Shown piece by piece: positions 28,778 to 37,192 of a stretch of DNA of 64,000 nt. The DNA lies in assembly GCA_038078615.1 (NCBI GenBank), contig JBBTWT010000007.1, positions 1,060-65,059 of the forward strand. The letters run 5' to 3'. Numbering within the stretch: the stretch's first letter is position 1; each line of letters starts with the position of its first letter. Both the position numbers and the translations under genes were made by a program. This stretch comes from Patescibacteria group bacterium (GTDB lineage: Bacteria > Patescibacteriota > Minisyncoccia > Moranbacterales > UBA1568). Below the pieces are notes generated by a model. That model worked only from the letters and a program-made list of their open reading frames with translations, ran no database searches and was not told the origin of the DNA.

Positions 28778-29401
28778 ATGCGGAAACAGATGCTCAAAGC
28801 GATGACACTAATGGAAGTGCTGGTGGCTATCGCCGTTATGCTGATCGCTATGGAAGGATTCACGCTTTTGTTCGTGAAAAGCTGGGATACGAACAAATTC
28901 ATTTTGGAAGAGGGTCTGGCGTCGGCGGCGGCTTCACGCGCCACCAACAAGATCATCGGCGAGTTGCGTCATGTGCGCCAGGCGGACAATGGCGATTATC
29001 CCGTCGAATCAGGATCGGATTTTGATCTGAAGGTGTATCTGGATGTGGATAAGGACGGCGTTACCGAGCGCGTGCATTATTTCCTGGATCAGGACACGGA
29101 TGAACTGAAAAAAGGCGTTACGAATCCGCTCACGACTCAGCCGATCAGTTATCCGGCGGGTGATGACAGCGTGTCGGTGCTCACGAATTATGTCGTGAAT
29201 GAAAGCACGGATCCGGTCTTTTATTACTACAATGAAAATTATCCGGGTGATACGGCGAATAATCCGATCGCGACACCGGCAGCGGTCGATCAGGTGCGTC
29301 TGATCCGAGTGCACCTGTTCGTGAATATCAATCCGGTCCATGCGCCGGACAATATCAATATCGAATCTTTCGCCGATCTCCGTAATCTGAATTCCCTATG
29401 A
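28778..29401 (+). CDS. Prepilin-type N-terminal domain protein (pseudopilin)
   Basis: KAMTLMEVLVAIAVMLIAMEG hydrophobic N-terminus with Glu at +5. Confidence 0.7.
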   Translation: MRKQMLKAMTLMEVLVAIAVMLIAMEGFTLLFVKSWDTNKFILEEGLASAAASRATNKIIGELRHVRQADNGDYPVESGSDFDLKVYLDVDKDGVTERVHYFLDQDTDELKKGVTNPLTTQPISYPAGDDSVSVLTNYVVNESTDPVFYYYNENYPGDTANNPIATPAAVDQVRLIRVHLFVNINPVHAPDNINIESFADLRNLNSL

Positions 29402-30810
29402 TGAATCAACAGGGATACGGCCTCAAAGGATCAGCGCTGGCTTATGGCCTGGTCATTATGACGACGGTAGCGATCATACTGACTTCCATCATCGGTTTTG
29501 TGGCATCGCAGACCAAGTATTCTTTGCAGACGCATGCGCGCGAGGAAGCGCTCCAGATCGCGGAGGCCGGCATCCATTTTTATCAGTGGTATCTCGCGCA
29601 TACTACGGACGGACGGACAACGCAGCAGATACAGGCGTTCTGGGCTTCCGGTACCGCTTATGGAGTCGATACCGCCTATGAAGCGGAATATACCGATCCT
29701 TCCGGAGGCGCGGTCGGGAAGTATCGGATCACGGTAACGCCGCCGACCCAAGGGTCGACGATCGTCACTGTCCGTTCAGTCGGCTGGACATACAAATATC
29801 CGAATGCCACTCGCACGATAGATGTCCGTTTTCGTCGGCCTTCCTGGAGTGAACATGTCGTCTTGGCCAATGCTTTCACCCGTTTCGGAGCCGGGACGGA
29901 GACATTCGGAAAGATCCATTCGAATTATGGTATCCGTTTCGACGGTATCGCGCACAATATCGTCACGAGCGCTGTCTCGAGCTACAACGACCCTGATCAT
30001 ACGGGCGGCAATGAATTCGGCGTGCATACGCACGACAGTCCGATTGATCCTCTGCCACCGGCGGCAGTGCCGAGCCGGACAGATATCTTTGAGGGCGGAC
30101 GCCAATTTCCGGTAGCGGCAGTGGATTTCAACGGGGTGTTGGGGGACTTGAGTTATATCAAAAGTGTCGCGCAGGCCGGAACGGACGGGAGCCTGTATTT
30201 CGATAATGCCAATCAGGGACGGCATATCATCTTGAAAACGAATGATACGTTCGACATCCGTACCGTGCAGAGTTTCAACGCATCCACGAATGGGATTATC
30301 AACTATCAAGGAGGGTGGTCTACATACGCTCTTCCCGATGAAGGAGTGATTTTTGTCGAGGGTCATGTGTGGCTGGAAGGGGCGATCACCGGCAAGCGCC
30401 TCACGATTGTTGCGGCCAATCTCTTGTCCGCGTCCGTGAAAAATGTGTATATCGGCAAAGATATACGGTACACGAATTATGACTGTACGGACATTTTAGG
30501 CATTATCGGTCAAAAAGACGTGGAGATTATCAGAGGGAGCGAGGATGACCTGTGGATTGACGGGGCGCTCCTCGCACAGAGCGGGCGTGTCGGACGCTCA
30601 AATTATGGGACTTCCGATCATAAGAGCGTCATTACCGTGTATGGTGCGCTGGCGACGAATCAGCGGTATGGTTTTGCATGGACAAACGGGACTCTGAACT
30701 GGGGATATACCACTCGGAATCTGTATTATGACAACAATCTCCTGTATTGTCCGCCGCCGTATTTCCCGGTCGGTACGCAGTATGAGATGGATTTGTGGGA
30801 GGAGAAATAA
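29398..30810 (+). CDS. Large minor-pilin / PilX-like protein (hypothetical)
   Basis: N-terminal TM segment LAYGLVIMTTVAIILTSIIGFV. Lies inside the pilin operon, with its start overlapping the previous stop (ATGA). Confidence 0.55.
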   Translation: MMNQQGYGLKGSALAYGLVIMTTVAIILTSIIGFVASQTKYSLQTHAREEALQIAEAGIHFYQWYLAHTTDGRTTQQIQAFWASGTAYGVDTAYEAEYTDPSGGAVGKYRITVTPPTQGSTIVTVRSVGWTYKYPNATRTIDVRFRRPSWSEHVVLANAFTRFGAGTETFGKIHSNYGIRFDGIAHNIVTSAVSSYNDPDHTGGNEFGVHTHDSPIDPLPPAAVPSRTDIFEGGRQFPVAAVDFNGVLGDLSYIKSVAQAGTDGSLYFDNANQGRHIILKTNDTFDIRTVQSFNASTNGIINYQGGWSTYALPDEGVIFVEGHVWLEGAITGKRLTIVAANLLSASVKNVYIGKDIRYTNYDCTDILGIIGQKDVEIIRGSEDDLWIDGALLAQSGRVGRSNYGTSDHKSVITVYGALATNQRYGFAWTNGTLNWGYTTRNLYYDNNLLYCPPPYFPVGTQYEMDLWEEK

Positions 30811-30900
30811 TCCAGCCAAGGCGGGATTATCCTGAGCCAGCCTCGCCGGTTGGCGGGCGTAGTCGAAGCCTGCCTGCCGGTAGGCAGGGATCTCCCATGT
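30811..30900. repeat. GC-rich hairpin cluster between minor pilin and pilM
   Basis: Hairpins TAATCC..GGATTA, CCTCGCC-ggtt-GGCGGG and CCTGCC..GGCAGG. Shares the 12-mer TGGCGGGCGTAG with cassette copy B (41909-41920). Confidence 0.6.
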
Positions 30901-30907
30901 CATAATG

Positions 30908-30916
30908 TGTTACAAT
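30908..30916 (+). promoter_or_regulatory. Extended -10 promoter for pilM
   Basis: TGtTACAAT, followed by an A-rich leader GAGAAAAACAAAACAGAAAG before ATG 30942. Confidence 0.5.
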
Positions 30917-30941
30917 GATACGAGAAAAACAAAACAGAAAG

Positions 30942-32039
30942 ATGATGAACATATTGCAGAAAAAAATATTCGATATTTTTCCGGGGTCGTTCGGGCTCGA
31001 TCTTTCCGATCTCTCGATGAAGGCCGTGTGGCTCGATCGGGTGGGGCATCACGACTCCATCATGAGTTTTGGTTCCGTACCTCTGCCTATCGGGAGCGTG
31101 GTTGACGGAGAAATTATGCATCCCGAGGCGGTGGAAGATGCTGTCAAGAACCTACTGGAAAAGTCCGGTCCGAAAAAGCTGAAAACGCGGAAAGTGATGT
31201 GCTCGCTTCCGGAAACCAAGGCGTTTCTCCGCATCATCTCGCTTCCCGTGATGGAAGAAGACGAGGTGCGGGAGGCGATCAAATGGGAGATCGAGGCGAA
31301 TATCCCTCTCACGCTCGATCAGGTGTATTATGACTGGCAGACGCTTGATCTGAACCTGGCTCGGGAAAAAGGGAAAATGAGCGTGCTCGTGGTCGCGGTG
31401 GCGCGCAGCGTCGTGGATCAGTTTCAGACCGTACTCGCGGCCGCCGGTCTCGAGGTCGTGGGACTCGAGACGGAATCCATCGCCCAGGCGCGCAGTCTGC
31501 TTCCTGAAAAAAACGAGGAGCGCACCACGCTCATCGTCGATATCGGTGACCGTCGGACGAGTTTCCTCATCGCGATCGGCAGTACGCCGTGTTTCACTTC
31601 AAGCGTACCTCTTTCTTCGCAGATGATAACGGATGCCATTGCCAAATCGCTCCATCTCTCGTTCGAAGAAGCGGAATCGATCAAAATCAAGCAGGGCTTG
31701 GGATCGCTCGCACTCAAGAGCCCCGTTTTGAAAGCAGCGCTTCCGGTGCTTGAGAATATCGCCGTGGAAATCGAAAAATCCACTGACTTCTACTTGAATA
31801 ATCTCCGCTATTCCGACAATATCGATGCTATCGTGCTCTGCGGAGGAGGATCGAATATGCAGGGACTGCTGCCATATATGGCGCGCCGCCTGGGACGGCC
31901 GATCGAGTTCGGCAACCCTTGGGTGAATATGCAACTTGGAAAACAGTTGCCGATCATCGACCGCAATCACTCCGTACAGTACTCAACCGCTATCGGACTC
32001 GCGTTGCGAGGCCTCGACGAATATGAAGATTTTGCTTAA
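30942..32039 (+). CDS. pilM: Type IV pilus assembly protein PilM (actin-like ATPase fold)
   Basis: FGLDLSDLSMKAV, LIVDIGDRRTSFLI and VLCGGGSNMQGL match the PilM/FtsA-like pattern. Confidence 0.85.
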   Translation: MMNILQKKIFDIFPGSFGLDLSDLSMKAVWLDRVGHHDSIMSFGSVPLPIGSVVDGEIMHPEAVEDAVKNLLEKSGPKKLKTRKVMCSLPETKAFLRIISLPVMEEDEVREAIKWEIEANIPLTLDQVYYDWQTLDLNLAREKGKMSVLVVAVARSVVDQFQTVLAAAGLEVVGLETESIAQARSLLPEKNEERTTLIVDIGDRRTSFLIAIGSTPCFTSSVPLSSQMITDAIAKSLHLSFEEAESIKIKQGLGSLALKSPVLKAALPVLENIAVEIEKSTDFYLNNLRYSDNIDAIVLCGGGSNMQGLLPYMARRLGRPIEFGNPWVNMQLGKQLPIIDRNHSVQYSTAIGLALRGLDEYEDFA

Positions 32040-32586
32040 CCTCCTGCCGGAGGAAAATAAGAAAAATATCCAAGCCGCATTCCACTTTCGTTTTTTTCTG
32101 TGGCAGCTGTTCCTGGTATTCGTGCTCGAGGTATTCTATCTGAGTATGCTCGCGAGCACCTACTTCGTCCTGGATGCCCAGCTGCAGAGTCTGCAGATGC
32201 TGGGTCGGCAGTATGATACGGCGCACGCGGAACAGAAGACGCTGGACACGTATCAGACGAAGTTCAAGGATACGAACTCTGCCGTCGACGTCATCGGCGC
32301 CATCGAGCGCAACCATTTCTCCTTCACGCAGATATTCGTCCTGCTCGATGCCGTGGTGCCGGAGGGTGTCATGGTTGATCGCCTGACGACCAAGAATTAT
32401 ACGGTGATGCTGACCGGTCAGGCGGCGACCCGCGACGACCTGCTGGCGTTCGATGCCCGGCTGAAGGAATCGGCATGCGCGGAGAACGTCAATGTGCCGC
32501 TTTCGAACCTGTTTTCCCAGGAGAATGTGGATTTTCAGATCGATTTCGGGATAAAGAAGGAATGCCTGAAGAACAACAGCTTATGA
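32023..32586 (+). CDS. pilN: PilN-like bitopic protein
   Basis: MKILLNLLPEE start, a single TM, and position after pilM with a 17-nt overlap. Confidence 0.6.
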   Translation: MKILLNLLPEENKKNIQAAFHFRFFLWQLFLVFVLEVFYLSMLASTYFVLDAQLQSLQMLGRQYDTAHAEQKTLDTYQTKFKDTNSAVDVIGAIERNHFSFTQIFVLLDAVVPEGVMVDRLTTKNYTVMLTGQAATRDDLLAFDARLKESACAENVNVPLSNLFSQENVDFQIDFGIKKECLKNNSL

Positions 32587-33338
32587 TACTCTCTCCGTAC
32601 AGGAAATATACGCCGCTCGCCGCGCTCTCCATGCTGCTCATAGCCATGGGAGGCATCGTCTGGTTCGGCATGAAGCCGCTGCAGCGATCGCTCGAGGAGA
32701 AGATGAGGGGCATCCAGGAATTCTATGCCGGACGGGAAAATCGCGAGAGGCAGGTGGGCAGGCTTCCGGAACTGCGGGGGCAATACGATGCTATTTTGGA
32801 AAATGAAGAGACGCTTGATATTCTCATTACGGAAGACAGAGTGGTGGATTTTGTGAAAACCTTGGAAGCGCTCGCGGACGGGATGAATGTGAAACTGAGT
32901 ATCGTCTCGAAGGACAACGGAAAAATCACCGAGAAAAAGCCGGCTGTCGCGCCGGTTCAGCCGCAGGGCGCCTCTGCCGATCCGACCGCTCCTCCGGTGC
33001 CATCCGTCAAACCGAAACCCGCGGATATCCTGGAGGATGCGCCTTTCGATCGCTCTCTGCATCTGAGCGTCACGGTAGAGGGACGGTACGGCGATATCGT
33101 CGCGTTTTTGCGCAAGATGGAGACGCTGCCGATCGGACTGGATGTGATAGGCGTCGAGATGAAGAAGATAGACGAGCAATCGGCCGAGCGGCCGAGCGCA
33201 CGGGGTGCCGGCGCCAATCCGTTCGCCATTCTCGGCGACAGCCGAAGCGTGACGGCCGAACCGGAGGCGGCAGTCAGGGGCGATCTGGAAGCTACGTTCG
33301 ACATACTCGTCTATGTGGATAAGAAAACCGCCCTATGA
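32583..33338 (+). CDS. PilO-like bitopic protein (hypothetical)
   Basis: ATGA overlap with pilN. Single TM followed by coiled-coil and a C-terminal alpha/beta region. Confidence 0.5.
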   Translation: MILSPYRKYTPLAALSMLLIAMGGIVWFGMKPLQRSLEEKMRGIQEFYAGRENRERQVGRLPELRGQYDAILENEETLDILITEDRVVDFVKTLEALADGMNVKLSIVSKDNGKITEKKPAVAPVQPQGASADPTAPPVPSVKPKPADILEDAPFDRSLHLSVTVEGRYGDIVAFLRKMETLPIGLDVIGVEMKKIDEQSAERPSARGAGANPFAILGDSRSVTAEPEAAVRGDLEATFDILVYVDKKTAL

Positions 33339-33661
33339 AGATACCATTCCTCTCCTTTTTCAAGAAGATAGCTGACAGGTTCTCCTCGAAGAACATGCTG
33401 TTTTTCTGGTACCGCCGTTACAAGGCCATGTTTTTTCTGCTGTTCCTCGCCGTGCTTGCTATCGGCGGATGGAACTGGTATTACAGCCTGTACCGCTACC
33501 GTTTCAGCGACGAGGAGAAGAAGCAGTATGTCGAGCAGTATTTCAAGGAGACGACGTTCAAGGAGGCGAAGTTCCGCGAGGTCGTGGATCGCCTGATGGA
33601 ACGCGCGCGCATGCACGGGGAAACCCTTGAACTCAAGCGGGATATATTCAAAGGGCGATAG
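33335..33661 (+). CDS. Small membrane protein, last gene of the pilus block (hypothetical)
   Basis: ATGA overlap with the previous gene. One TM segment FFLLFLAVLAIGGW. Confidence 0.5.
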   Translation: MKIPFLSFFKKIADRFSSKNMLFFWYRRYKAMFFLLFLAVLAIGGWNWYYSLYRYRFSDEEKKQYVEQYFKETTFKEAKFREVVDRLMERARMHGETLELKRDIFKGR

Positions 33662-33750
33662 CGTTGCCAACTTTGTTTCGTAGCAAGTTTCCCGACCGCA
33701 AGCAACCTTCCCGAGAGTCGCTCCTTCGCCCCGGCGGCGAATCCGCTTAT

Positions 33751-33827
33751 GAACTTTTTTCGATCCGTCCTGCTCAGGGCAGGCCGGCACCCCTCCGAAG
33801 GCGGGCAGGCATGCTCGAAAAAACTTC
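33751..33827. repeat. T-run/A-run bracketed GC hairpin element (family of 2944-3001)
   Basis: GAACTTTTTTCGA (33751-33763) pairs with TCGAAAAAACTTC (33815-33827) around GC hairpins. Colinear with GAAACTTTTTTGATCCGCCCC...CATGCTCAAAAAATTTTC at 2944-3001. Confidence 0.75.
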
Positions 33828-33914
33828 AACTCTCCCGGGAAGATTCTTGCGGCGGGAAACTCTCTCTGTGAGAAATTGCTAAAAAATATGAAGGACTATT
33901 TTCGTGGGTTGAGA

Positions 33915-33943
33915 TTGACCCTGCGGGGTTTTCGGGGTATGCT
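33915..33943 (+). promoter_or_regulatory. Promoter for rlmN, near-leaderless
   Basis: TTGACC, 17-nt spacer, TATGCT. ATG 33953 lies 9 nt after the -10. Confidence 0.55.
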
Positions 33944-33952
33944 GTCCTGACT

Positions 33953-35017
33953 ATGATGACAATTCTCTCCCGCACAGGACAATTCAGGGCGCTCTATCCG
34001 GATGCTCCCGCGTTCCGCCTCCGGCAGTTCGAGGCGGCGCTCTATGATCCGGCGCTCCGGAGTTTTTCCGATATCTCGAATATGCCGCTGGCGATGCGTG
34101 AAGCGCTCGCTGCGAGAGTCAGCTGGCTCGCGCTCAAGCCCGTGCAGGTACTCGAAAGCGCGAAAAAGGATACGCACAAGGCTATCGTGGAGCTCGGCGA
34201 TGGCACGCGCGTCGAGACGGTGCTGATGCGAAACGCCCGCGGGCAATGGACGGTCTGCGTCTCCTCGCAGGTCGGGTGCGCCATGGCCTGCACGTTCTGC
34301 GCGACCGGGGCCATGGGATTCGCGCGCAACCTGATCGCCGACGAGATCGCGGACCAGGTGCGGTTCTGGCTCGCTTTTTTGAAAAAGCAGACCACCCTGA
34401 GCTCTGCCGAGGGGTCTGGGCGTATCAGCAACGTGGTGTTCATGGGGATGGGAGAGCCGCTCGCCAATTATGACAATGTCAAGGAGGCCGTCAGTCAGCT
34501 GCTCGCGCATACGGATATCGGTCCGACACACATCACGGTATCGACGGTCGGCCTACTTCCGATGCTCAGGAAGTTATTGAAAGATCCTGACTGGCCGCCC
34601 GTGCGGCTCGCGGTGTCGCTCCATAGCGCCGTAAGCGAGACGAGGAAGGCGATGATGCCGACTTCTTTCGATACATTCCTGGAAGACCTTATCGCCTGGA
34701 CGGAAGAGTATTTCGAGAGACATGAGAGCCGCCGCCGGCACCTTACCTTCGAGTATGTGATGCTCTCGAAAGTAAACGATACGGAGCAGCACGCGGAAGC
34801 GCTCATCCGGTTCGCCAGACGCGTCGGGAAAGTGCGCATCAATCTGATCCCGTACAATTTCACCGGGAGCGTCTATCGCGACAGTCTGCCGGCAGATTTC
34901 GCGCGTTTCGAAAAGAGCCTCAAGGATGCCGGCGTGACGGTGACGCGCCGCCGCACGATGGGCGACGATATCGCCGCCGCCTGCGGCCAGCTGATCGTCG
35001 CAAAGAACAAGCAGTAA
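33953..35017 (+). CDS. rlmN: 23S rRNA/tRNA adenine-C2 methyltransferase (radical SAM)
   Basis: CVSSQVGCAMACTFCATG, VVFMGMGEPLAN, and the RlmN-typical C-terminal Cys in AACGQL. Confidence 0.9.
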   Translation: MMTILSRTGQFRALYPDAPAFRLRQFEAALYDPALRSFSDISNMPLAMREALAARVSWLALKPVQVLESAKKDTHKAIVELGDGTRVETVLMRNARGQWTVCVSSQVGCAMACTFCATGAMGFARNLIADEIADQVRFWLAFLKKQTTLSSAEGSGRISNVVFMGMGEPLANYDNVKEAVSQLLAHTDIGPTHITVSTVGLLPMLRKLLKDPDWPPVRLAVSLHSAVSETRKAMMPTSFDTFLEDLIAWTEEYFERHESRRRHLTFEYVMLSKVNDTEQHAEALIRFARRVGKVRINLIPYNFTGSVYRDSLPADFARFEKSLKDAGVTVTRRRTMGDDIAAACGQLIVAKNKQ

Positions 35018-35030
35018 CTACGGATACGGT

Positions 35031-36227
35031 ATGCCGGAGAAATATTTCATCAAGACATTCGGGTGCCAGCAGAATGTGGCTGATTCCGAGCGGCTCGGGA
35101 GCTTTTATCAGTCGCGCGGCCTTGTGCCGGCAGAGACGCCGGAAGAGGCGGACGTGCTGGTGCTCAATACCTGCGTGATACGCGATCGCGCCGAAGAAAA
35201 AGTCTACGGGATGGTCAGGAGCCTGCGCGCGCGGCTCGGGGAAAAAACGCCGCGCCTCGTCGTGACCGGCTGCCTCGTGGGAGCGGCGGCGCGCGTGCCG
35301 GGAGGCAAGATGATGAAGCGGCTGACATCCCGTTTGCTTGCCTCGCCGGCAGGCGGGCCGGACGTGGAGTTCTTGCCCATCGAGGATGTGGGTTTCGAGT
35401 ATGCGCCCAAGCGTGCCAAGGCATCCGCCAGCCGGCGGATGGCTTCGATCGTCATCTCGAACGGCTGCAACAATTTCTGCGCGTTCTGCATCGTGCCGTT
35501 TTCGCGGGGGCCGGAGCGCTCGCGGCCGTTTGCGGACATACTCGCTGAGTCGCAACAAGCGGCCGCGGAAGGCTATAGCGAGGTGATGCTTCTCGGACAG
35601 AATGTGAATTCCTACGGCGCGGATTTCTTGGTGGACAAAATAAAGACACACGAGCGGTATGTGCTGCCTGATGGGACAGCGGTGGAGCCCGTGATGGTGA
35701 AACATCTCAACCGTCACCGCATCCCGACGCTCTTTCCTCATCTTCTGGAACGCGTGGCACGGATCCCGGGACTGCAAAAAATCTCTTTCATGTCATCCAA
35801 TCCCTGGGATTTCTCCGACGAGCTGATCGACGTGATCGCTCGGAATGGGAACATCGATCGGACGCTCCACCTGCCGGTACAGGCGGGGAGCGATGAAGTG
35901 CTGAAACGCATGAATCGCTGGTACACGCGCGACGAGTATCTCGCGCTGATCGATAAGATCCGATCAAAAATACCGAATGTGCAGTTTACGACCGATATCA
36001 TCGTCGGTTTCCCCGGAGAGACGCTTGAACAATTCGGAGAGACGCTCGATCTGGCGAAGCGGGTGGATTTCGCCAAAGCGTTCATCGCGTGGTATTCGCC
36101 GCGTCCCGGCACCGCCGCGACCAAGGGCATGGAGGACGACGTGCCGATCGAGGAAAAACAGCGGCGCTTCCATGCACTCGATGCCGTGACGTTCAAAGAG
36201 AAAAAGAAAGGCCAGCCAAGTTCTTAA
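35031..36227 (+). CDS. miaB: MiaB-family tRNA methylthiotransferase (radical SAM)
   Basis: TFGCQQNVADSE N-terminal domain, GCNNFCAFCIVP radical SAM motif, and a TRAM-like C-terminus. Confidence 0.8.
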   Translation: MPEKYFIKTFGCQQNVADSERLGSFYQSRGLVPAETPEEADVLVLNTCVIRDRAEEKVYGMVRSLRARLGEKTPRLVVTGCLVGAAARVPGGKMMKRLTSRLLASPAGGPDVEFLPIEDVGFEYAPKRAKASASRRMASIVISNGCNNFCAFCIVPFSRGPERSRPFADILAESQQAAAEGYSEVMLLGQNVNSYGADFLVDKIKTHERYVLPDGTAVEPVMVKHLNRHRIPTLFPHLLERVARIPGLQKISFMSSNPWDFSDELIDVIARNGNIDRTLHLPVQAGSDEVLKRMNRWYTRDEYLALIDKIRSKIPNVQFTTDIIVGFPGETLEQFGETLDLAKRVDFAKAFIAWYSPRPGTAATKGMEDDVPIEEKQRRFHALDAVTFKEKKKGQPSS

Positions 36228-36247
36228 GGGCGGTGCTTTTTTGGCAC

Positions 36248-36283
36248 ACCTTACTTTTTATGCAATTGCATAAAAAGTAAGGT
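36248..36283. repeat. Perfect AT-rich palindrome, copy 1 of 2
   Basis: ac-CTTACTTTTTATGCAATTGCATAAAAAGTAAG-gt. The identical 32-nt core recurs at 61482-61513. Confidence 0.95.
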
Positions 36284-36375
36284 TTTGGGAAGAGCAATGT
36301 TTGATAGCTTTTCGGGATTTCATGCCCTTGCCGTTTTTTCTTGCGAGGGAAGTATTTTTGGTTTATGCTTTGGAT

Positions 36376-37188
36376 ATGAAAAAGAAATCTTTGACTATTG
36401 TTTCGTGGAACGTGAACGGTATCCGGGCCGTGCACCGCAAAGGCGTGTTCGAGCCATTCGTGGCGAAATATCGACCGGATATCCTGTGTCTCCAGGAAAC
36501 CAAGGCGCTCCAAGGCCAGGCGGAAATCGATCTGTCGGACTACGAGGAGTACTGGAACTCCGCGGACAAGAAAGGCTATTCCGGCACGGCGATATTCACG
36601 AAACACAAGCCGCTTGCCGTTTTCAACGGATTGCCGGCGGATATCGTGAAAAAATTCCGTCTGACGGGTGACGGCTACGGTGATCCGAATGCCGAAGGTC
36701 GGGTGATCGCGGCGGAATATGAGAATTTTTTCGTCGTGACGGTGTACACGCCCAATGCCAAACCGGATCTCTCCCGTCTCGCGCTCCGTCACAAGCACTG
36801 GGATCCAGCCTTTCTCGCGTACTGCACACGATTGGAAAAAAAGAAACCGGTGATTTTTTGCGGCGATCTCAATGTCGCTCACATGCCAGACGATCTCGCC
36901 CATCCGAAGCAGAACGAGGGCGAGCACGGATACACCCGCGAAGAACGCGAGGGATTTCAGAACTTCATCGATGCGGGATTCGTCGATACGTTCCGTCAGT
37001 TCCATCAGGGAAGCGGTCATTATAGCTGGTGGTCGCACTTCGCGAACGCCCGGGCGCGCAACGTCGGCTGGCGCATCGACTATTTCCTCGTGAGCGGCAA
37101 GCTGAAATCCAAGGTCGAAGATGCGTTCATTCTCCCGGAAGTACTCGGCTCCGATCATTGTCCCGTGGGAATCAAGCTCTCATTGTAA
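36376..37188 (+). CDS. xth: Exodeoxyribonuclease III
   Basis: SWNVNGIRA, LCLQETK, GDLNVAH and GSDHCPV motifs. Confidence 0.9.
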   Translation: MKKKSLTIVSWNVNGIRAVHRKGVFEPFVAKYRPDILCLQETKALQGQAEIDLSDYEEYWNSADKKGYSGTAIFTKHKPLAVFNGLPADIVKKFRLTGDGYGDPNAEGRVIAAEYENFFVVTVYTPNAKPDLSRLALRHKHWDPAFLAYCTRLEKKKPVIFCGDLNVAHMPDDLAHPKQNEGEHGYTREEREGFQNFIDAGFVDTFRQFHQGSGHYSWWSHFANARARNVGWRIDYFLVSGKLKSKVEDAFILPEVLGSDHCPVGIKLSL

Positions 37189-37192
37189 GAAA

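Noticed and set aside
33751-33827. Treating the T-run/GC-hairpin/A-run elements as bidirectional intrinsic terminators
   Set aside because: On both strands the T-run precedes the hairpin and the A-run follows it. This is the opposite of the hairpin-then-U-tract requirement. The runs instead pair with each other.
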